A stretch of DNA of 20,000 nucleotides, taken from the IMG/VR virus record IMGVR_UViG_3300043811_000020. The stretch is one strand, 5' to 3'. Numbering within the stretch: position 1 is the first letter of the stretch; every line of letters begins with the position of its first letter. The position numbers and the translations under genes are program-made. The DNA comes from an uncultured virus (IMG/VR IMGVR_UViG_3300043811_000020). Lineage: Duplodnaviria; Heunggongvirae; Uroviricota; Caudoviricetes. The notes below the pieces were generated by a model, which saw only the letters and a list, made by a program, of their open reading frames with translations, searched no databases and was not told the origin of the DNA. Of the stretch, positions 16,643 to 20,000 are shown piece by piece.

Positions 16643-16983
16643 TGTGAAGTGCCTTCTACCTGCCGCTTCATGCGCTCACGGGTGCGCTGGTTGAGCCACA
16701 TGAGGCCCTGCTCGATGTTGGTGATAGCGAGAGCGTTCTCGCGGCACGCGTACTTGCCCTTCTGGAAGTAGTTCAGCCGGTCCAGTACGATGGCTAGGAG
16801 CGCTTCGTTGGTGATCCCGTTGATACCCACCTCGTTGATCGGGCCGAACTGGAAGTCCAGACGGTACATCCCCTGCGGGAACGTAAGGCTGTAGTGCACC
16901 GGCTCGCCGGTCGGCGCTTCGATTACCGTGACGGTAATCTGATCATTCACCGGGTTCACCTTGTGCTGGTCGAGGGTTCGCAT
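16636..16983 (-). CDS. tad1: Tad1-like anti-defence sponge protein (Thoeris anti-defence 1 family)
   Basis: RBS GGAG before ATG 16983. The C-terminal FQFG...NGI...LLAIVLDRLNYFQKGKYACRENALAITNIEQGLMWLNQRTRERMKRQVEGT matches the Tad1 pattern as I recall it (LLxIVxDRLxxFQxGxxxxRENAxAxTxxExxLMWxNxRxxxRxxRxVxGT). Confidence 0.85.
   Translation of the reverse strand: MRTLDQHKVNPVNDQITVTVIEAPTGEPVHYSLTFPQGMYRLDFQFGPINEVGINGITNEALLAIVLDRLNYFQKGKYACRENALAITNIEQGLMWLNQRTRERMKRQVEGTSQC
16923..16937. repeat. Dispersed palindrome TTACCG-TGA-CGGTAA, copy 5 (inside tad1; extends to 8-3-8 GATTACCG/CGGTAATC)
   Basis: Read directly; encodes ITVTVI on the - strand. Confidence 0.92.
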
Positions 16984-17104
16984 CGCGTTTTCTCCATGTC
17001 CATTGTCTAAGGCACTTGTAACACAGGTACCACCGGCGCCCATAATACTGGCTGACGTGCCAGTGACGGCGGTGGAACAGAAAGCATCTGGTGGCGGCGA
17101 TCAT
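16943..17104 (-). CDS. Small Cys/His protein (53 aa), possible Zn finger
   Basis: ATGA overlap with the nuclease stop; CxxxH...CxxC motif. Confidence 0.5.
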   Translation of the reverse strand: MIAATRCFLFHRRHWHVSQYYGRRWYLCYKCLRQWTWRKRDANPRPAQGEPGE

Positions 17105-17766
17105 CGGTGCGACTTCCCGTGGAACGGGCACGACACCACCGGGCAGTAGCGCCCGCACAGCCGGTTCGGCTTGGGTTCGTACGTGAGCGTGCGCGCGGCT
17201 TCCTCCATACGCTTCACCTGCTCAAGGACAGGCGGCCACTCACGCATGATCGTAGCTCGGTTGAACACCTCGGGAGTGCACGCGTCCTCCTTGAGCCACA
17301 CGAACTCGGTCTTGACGCGCTTCACCTGTGGATAGTGCGCGAAGATGCACTGCGACATGAGCATCAGCTGCCGGCTGTCGTGCAGCATCTTGCCGGTCTT
17401 CCAGTCCACGGCAAGAGCCACCGGACCGTCTATGCGAAGAAGGTCACAGATACCGCGGAACCATGCCCTGCCGTCAAACCAAGCGCACGGCTGGAAATCC
17501 TTGGTGATGGCGTACTTCTGCTCGACGTAGAGCGTTCCAGGGAGGTTGGGCGCAGCGTATTTCAGCACCCACTTCTGATAATCCTTCATCCCGTCGGGCA
17601 GGTAGGCGCCGGTACACGCGGCTTTCAGCGCGTCGTGCACGCTGTTACCCCAGTCAAGTTGCTCGCTGCTGTCGTTGAAGTTGTGCGCAAGGTCGACTTC
17701 GTAGTGCCGTTTCGGACACGCGTCGAAGTTTTTGTACTTGGAGTAGGACCACGCGAAAGGTTTCAT
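17101..17766 (-). CDS. PD-(D/E)XK Cas4/RecB-like exonuclease
   Basis: WSYS...CPKRH, GNSVHDAL, VEQK, GICDLL, VDWKTGK and QL motifs, plus a C-terminal CGRYCPVVSC (1+3 Cys, Fe-S staple-like). Confidence 0.88.
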   Translation of the reverse strand: MKPFAWSYSKYKNFDACPKRHYEVDLAHNFNDSSEQLDWGNSVHDALKAACTGAYLPDGMKDYQKWVLKYAAPNLPGTLYVEQKYAITKDFQPCAWFDGRAWFRGICDLLRIDGPVALAVDWKTGKMLHDSRQLMLMSQCIFAHYPQVKRVKTEFVWLKEDACTPEVFNRATIMREWPPVLEQVKRMEEAARTLTYEPKPNRLCGRYCPVVSCPFHGKSHR

Positions 17767-18080
17767 GTCACGGGGTCCCTAATTTTGATGGCTTCGTAGA
17801 ACCATCGTACGCCTGCATCCCGGCGTGGTGCCGGTAGCGTAACCACCGCCAGAGCGATCTCCGCGAACCGGTGCTCAGTGATAGGTTGAGCCATGTCCCA
17901 CCCTACTTGGTGAGAAGGCGCCCCAGCAATAAGCCAGTCTGACGCTGGCTCGTAGCACAATTTGCCATCCCGCACCCACTGCTCAATTGTGTGACGGCGC
18001 ATGGCCTCGCGGTTGGCCTCGCGGTGCCGCTCTCGTAGTTGTTCATCGGCCCTTTCGGCCATGATTTCAGCAGGGCTCAT
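17763..18080 (-). CDS. Hypothetical protein (105 aa)
   Basis: Tightly packed between its neighbours (2-nt gap upstream, ATGA overlap downstream). Confidence 0.6.
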   Translation of the reverse strand: MSPAEIMAERADEQLRERHREANREAMRRHTIEQWVRDGKLCYEPASDWLIAGAPSHQVGWDMAQPITEHRFAEIALAVVTLPAPRRDAGVRWFYEAIKIRDPVT

Positions 18081-18082
18081 GG

Positions 18083-18448
18083 TCAGCAGTCCGCGTCCGT
18101 GGTGTGGTTATTGTGGCCTTCACCGGCGGCGAGAGCCAGGGCTATATTTGCTATCAGCACTTCGCTCGGAAAGCAACCGGCTTCCTCGGCAGGGATGTCA
18201 TTGAACGTGTGCGGACCGACGTGGATGAACGTGCGCTTGATCGCGCTTTCCTTGTTGCTCGTGCTTACTCGCATCGACCACTCCACCGTGATGGCCCCTT
18301 CACGCTCCCAGCGCTTGAGTTGGGCCATCCGGGCCTGGGTCGCGACGACGCGCTCCATGTATTCCGGGGGTAGCTCAGCACCGGCGTTCTTCGCCAACTG
18401 GCGCACGCCGGCGTCAAGCTCTGCAAGTGTTTGCTCTGAAAGTGGCAT
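18083..18448 (-). CDS. Hypothetical protein (121 aa)
   Basis: RBS GAGGA; GC3-rich codons; its C-terminus (SEVLIANIALAL) loosely resembles that of the next ORF (TEHRFAEIALAV). Confidence 0.7.
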   Translation of the reverse strand: MPLSEQTLAELDAGVRQLAKNAGAELPPEYMERVVATQARMAQLKRWEREGAITVEWSMRVSTSNKESAIKRTFIHVGPHTFNDIPAEEAGCFPSEVLIANIALALAAGEGHNNHTTDADC

Positions 18449-18496
18449 GATGTAAGGGTTCCTCGGTCACGTCCCGTCACCCCAAACCGCCATTCG

Positions 18497-18511
18497 TTAC
18501 CGCCGCGGTAA
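18497..18511. repeat. Dispersed palindrome TTACCG-CCG-CGGTAA, copy 6 (intergenic)
   Basis: Read directly; 1 nt downstream of the DUF5664 gene stop. Confidence 0.95.
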
Positions 18512-18512
18512 A

Positions 18513-18968
18513 TTACTCGGTCGCGCCCCGCGGCAGCGGTAAATTGAACTCGGCCTCAAGCTCCTGCTGTAGCAACGCAAGCACCCTCCAGGCGAGCTTC
18601 GCGGTGTGCCGCATCCCGTCGATGTCCAGTGTCCCGCGCTCGATGTAGTGCCGGATGATCGTATCCGAGTGATCCATGCTCTTGCCCCTTGCCCAGTGCA
18701 GAGGCTGGCCAGGGTTGTGCTGCTGGTTTCCAGTGAAGGACACCTTGGCCACCTCGGCTAGTGCGTCAGGGAAGTAGTCCAGCACCCCCGTGCCGACGGG
18801 ATACTGCTTGCGTTCCGCGGCGTCGGGCGGCAGGAGGCGCTGGCGCAACGGAAGCGCCCGGGGCGGCGCGGCCGGCGGATTTTGAAGAACGCGCGCGTTG
18901 TCTTGGCGGGCATTGTGTTCTTCAATCTCAGTCACAGCCAGTGTGCGTGGATTGATGCCGGGCTTCAT
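18513..18968 (-). CDS. DUF5664 / dATP-dGTP diphosphohydrolase-domain protein
   Basis: RKQYPV.TGVLDYFPDALAEVAKVS..GN.QH...HW.RGKS.DH.D...RH....D.DG..H.AK.AWR.LALLQ pattern. Confidence 0.8.
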   Translation of the reverse strand: MKPGINPRTLAVTEIEEHNARQDNARVLQNPPAAPPRALPLRQRLLPPDAAERKQYPVGTGVLDYFPDALAEVAKVSFTGNQQHNPGQPLHWARGKSMDHSDTIIRHYIERGTLDIDGMRHTAKLAWRVLALLQQELEAEFNLPLPRGATE

Positions 18969-19300
18969 TGTACGTACTCCCTGCCCAGGATGATCCTGGT
19001 GAGCCCTAGAGCCTTGGCCAGGGCGTTCTCTGCCGTCGCCCCTTCAGACTGCTCCCAGCCCGGCAGGAGAGCAATGGCGTGCGCCTCCTTGCAGATGTAG
19101 TGCGTATCTGCATCGAACAGGTCTCGGCTCACAGCGATGGCAGCAGCTTCGTCTTCACCGGTCAAGCCCAGCGACCGGTCGTGGTCAGCGGGGGAGAACA
19201 CTTCGTGGCCCTGCGCGCGCAGCTTATAGGCTGCATAGTCGAAGGCTGCGAAGTTGGAACAGGGTTTGCCCCGCATGGGGCCGGCGAGATAAATCTTCAT
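18965..19300 (-). CDS. DUF4406 / nucleoside 2-deoxyribosyltransferase-like protein
   Basis: KIYLAGPMRG...NF.AF...L...GHEVFSPA...D...I.LLPGWEQSEGA..E...A..LG pattern; ATGA overlap with the DUF5664 gene. Confidence 0.85.
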   Translation of the reverse strand: MKIYLAGPMRGKPCSNFAAFDYAAYKLRAQGHEVFSPADHDRSLGLTGEDEAAAIAVSRDLFDADTHYICKEAHAIALLPGWEQSEGATAENALAKALGLTRIILGREYVQ

Positions 19301-19309
19301 GGGGCACAC

Positions 19310-19453
19310 TCACATTGTGATGGCGATAGTTGCGATTGTATAGCAAACCCAAACTACACATCGCCGCCAGTCGCCGTCAAGTGCGTACATGACAGCTGTA
19401 CCGAGTTCAGCCGCCATGATCACGCAGGCGGCAATTGTTCCGTGGGACCACAT
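19310..19453 (-). CDS. Small hydrophobic (probably two-helix membrane) protein, 47 aa
   Basis: RBS AAGGA before ATG 19453; two hydrophobic stretches flanking GDWRR. Confidence 0.55.
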   Translation of the reverse strand: MWSHGTIAACVIMAAELGTAVMYALDGDWRRCVVWVCYTIATIAITM

Positions 19454-19998
19454 GACGCGTCCTTTTTTGCCGCCTCTTTCGCTGCCATCGCAGCTTTCAT
19501 TTTCTCGATGCGCGCCCGGGCCTTCACTCGGTCCTCGCGCCGGTGCGCTTCGCGATATATTGGTTGGCGCTGTTCCACTGTCAACGTGTGATCCGACAGC
19601 AAAGCGTTCAGATCGGCATCCGTCACGGCCGTCAGTGCAGTCGGGTCGGTAACATCGAAGGTACGCGTATCGGTCGTGGACACCGCAGACGGGGCACTCG
19701 TATTCATCGCGCATGCTCGAAGCTCCGGGTACATCAGGGTCCCGTCGCGACTTCGCCTCAGCGCGTACGGAATGTCAAGCGCGCCCAAACACCCTATCGG
19801 GGCGTCGGAAACCGTTTTAGTTTTTTCACCTTTAAGGGGGATTTTTTCGATGTCCGAAACTAAAACGGTTTTAGTTTGATCCGGAACCGGTTTAGTTTCT
19901 GCCGAAGGAGAGATCGCCGAGTTTTTTACCGCGGCGGTAACCGCCGACGCCCCGCGGTCACCCACCACCGCTGGCGGGGCCGCGGGGGCGCGACAAGC
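19420..19998 (-). CDS. Hypothetical protein; start uncertain (frame open to the window edge)
   Basis: The frame of ORF 19420..19968 stays open to the edge, and its C-terminal half is a charged helix with GC3-rich codons. An alternative start is ATG 19707. Confidence 0.5.
   Translation of the reverse strand, partial: ACRAPAAPPAVVGDRGASAVTAAVKNSAISPSAETKPVPDQTKTVLVSDIEKIPLKGEKTKTVSDAPIGCLGALDIPYALRRSRDGTLMYPELRACAMNTSAPSAVSTTDTRTFDVTDPTALTAVTDADLNALLSDHTLTVEQRQPIYREAHRREDRVKARARIEKMKAAMAAKEAAKKDASCGPTEQLPPA
19810..19898. repeat. AT-rich cluster of four 14-bp AACSGKTTTAGTTT repeats including a perfect 10-1-10 palindrome
   Basis: AACCGTTTTAGTTT 19810-19823; its exact reverse complement 19857-19870; AACGGTTTTAGTTT 19864-19877; AACCGGTTTAGTTT 19885-19898. 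Confidence 0.9.
19926..19940. repeat. Dispersed palindrome TTACCG-CGG-CGGTAA, copy 7
   Basis: Read directly; encodes VTAAVK on the - strand. Confidence 0.95.
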
Positions 19999-20000
19999 GG

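Noticed and set aside
16426..16983. Stop-codon readthrough fusing Tad1 to the downstream in-frame segment
   Set aside because: The C-terminal half of the downstream gene is in the tad1 frame, but its natural N-terminus (PPLPLDTPKG) is in another frame with its own GTG and RBS, so a frameshift is the simpler explanation.
17101..17766. Cas4-like gene as a sign of a CRISPR-Cas locus
   Set aside because: There is no repeat-spacer array or other cas gene, and stand-alone Cas4-like nucleases are common in phage replication modules.
1..20000. tRNA, rRNA, integrase, transposase or intron/intein
   Set aside because: No supporting sequence or protein motif was seen.

Overview
A 20-kb piece of a GC-rich (about 60-65% by eye) tailed dsDNA phage or prophage with two convergent modules. 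The + strand (<3-7691) encodes the end of a virion module: a Q/G/D-rich protein, a 1768-aa internal virion/ejection-type protein and two small ORFs. The - strand (7746->20000) is a replication and early-gene operon: primase-DUF927 helicase fusion, putative ssDNA-binding protein, SNF2-like helicase, VRR-NUC nuclease, Cas4-like PD-(D/E)XK nuclease, MazG-like and DUF5664 NTP pyrophosphatases, a DUF4406 protein, a Tad1-like anti-defence sponge and many small ORFs. The strongest unexplained signal is a dispersed palindrome, TTACCG-N3-CGGTAA, present 7 times (plus 2 N2 variants) both inside unrelated genes and between genes. Other notable items are an AT-rich iteron-like cluster at 19810-19898, near-absence of GANTC (hinting at an alphaproteobacterial host) and a frameshifted gene right after tad1. 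All family assignments come from motif recognition by eye; no database search was run.
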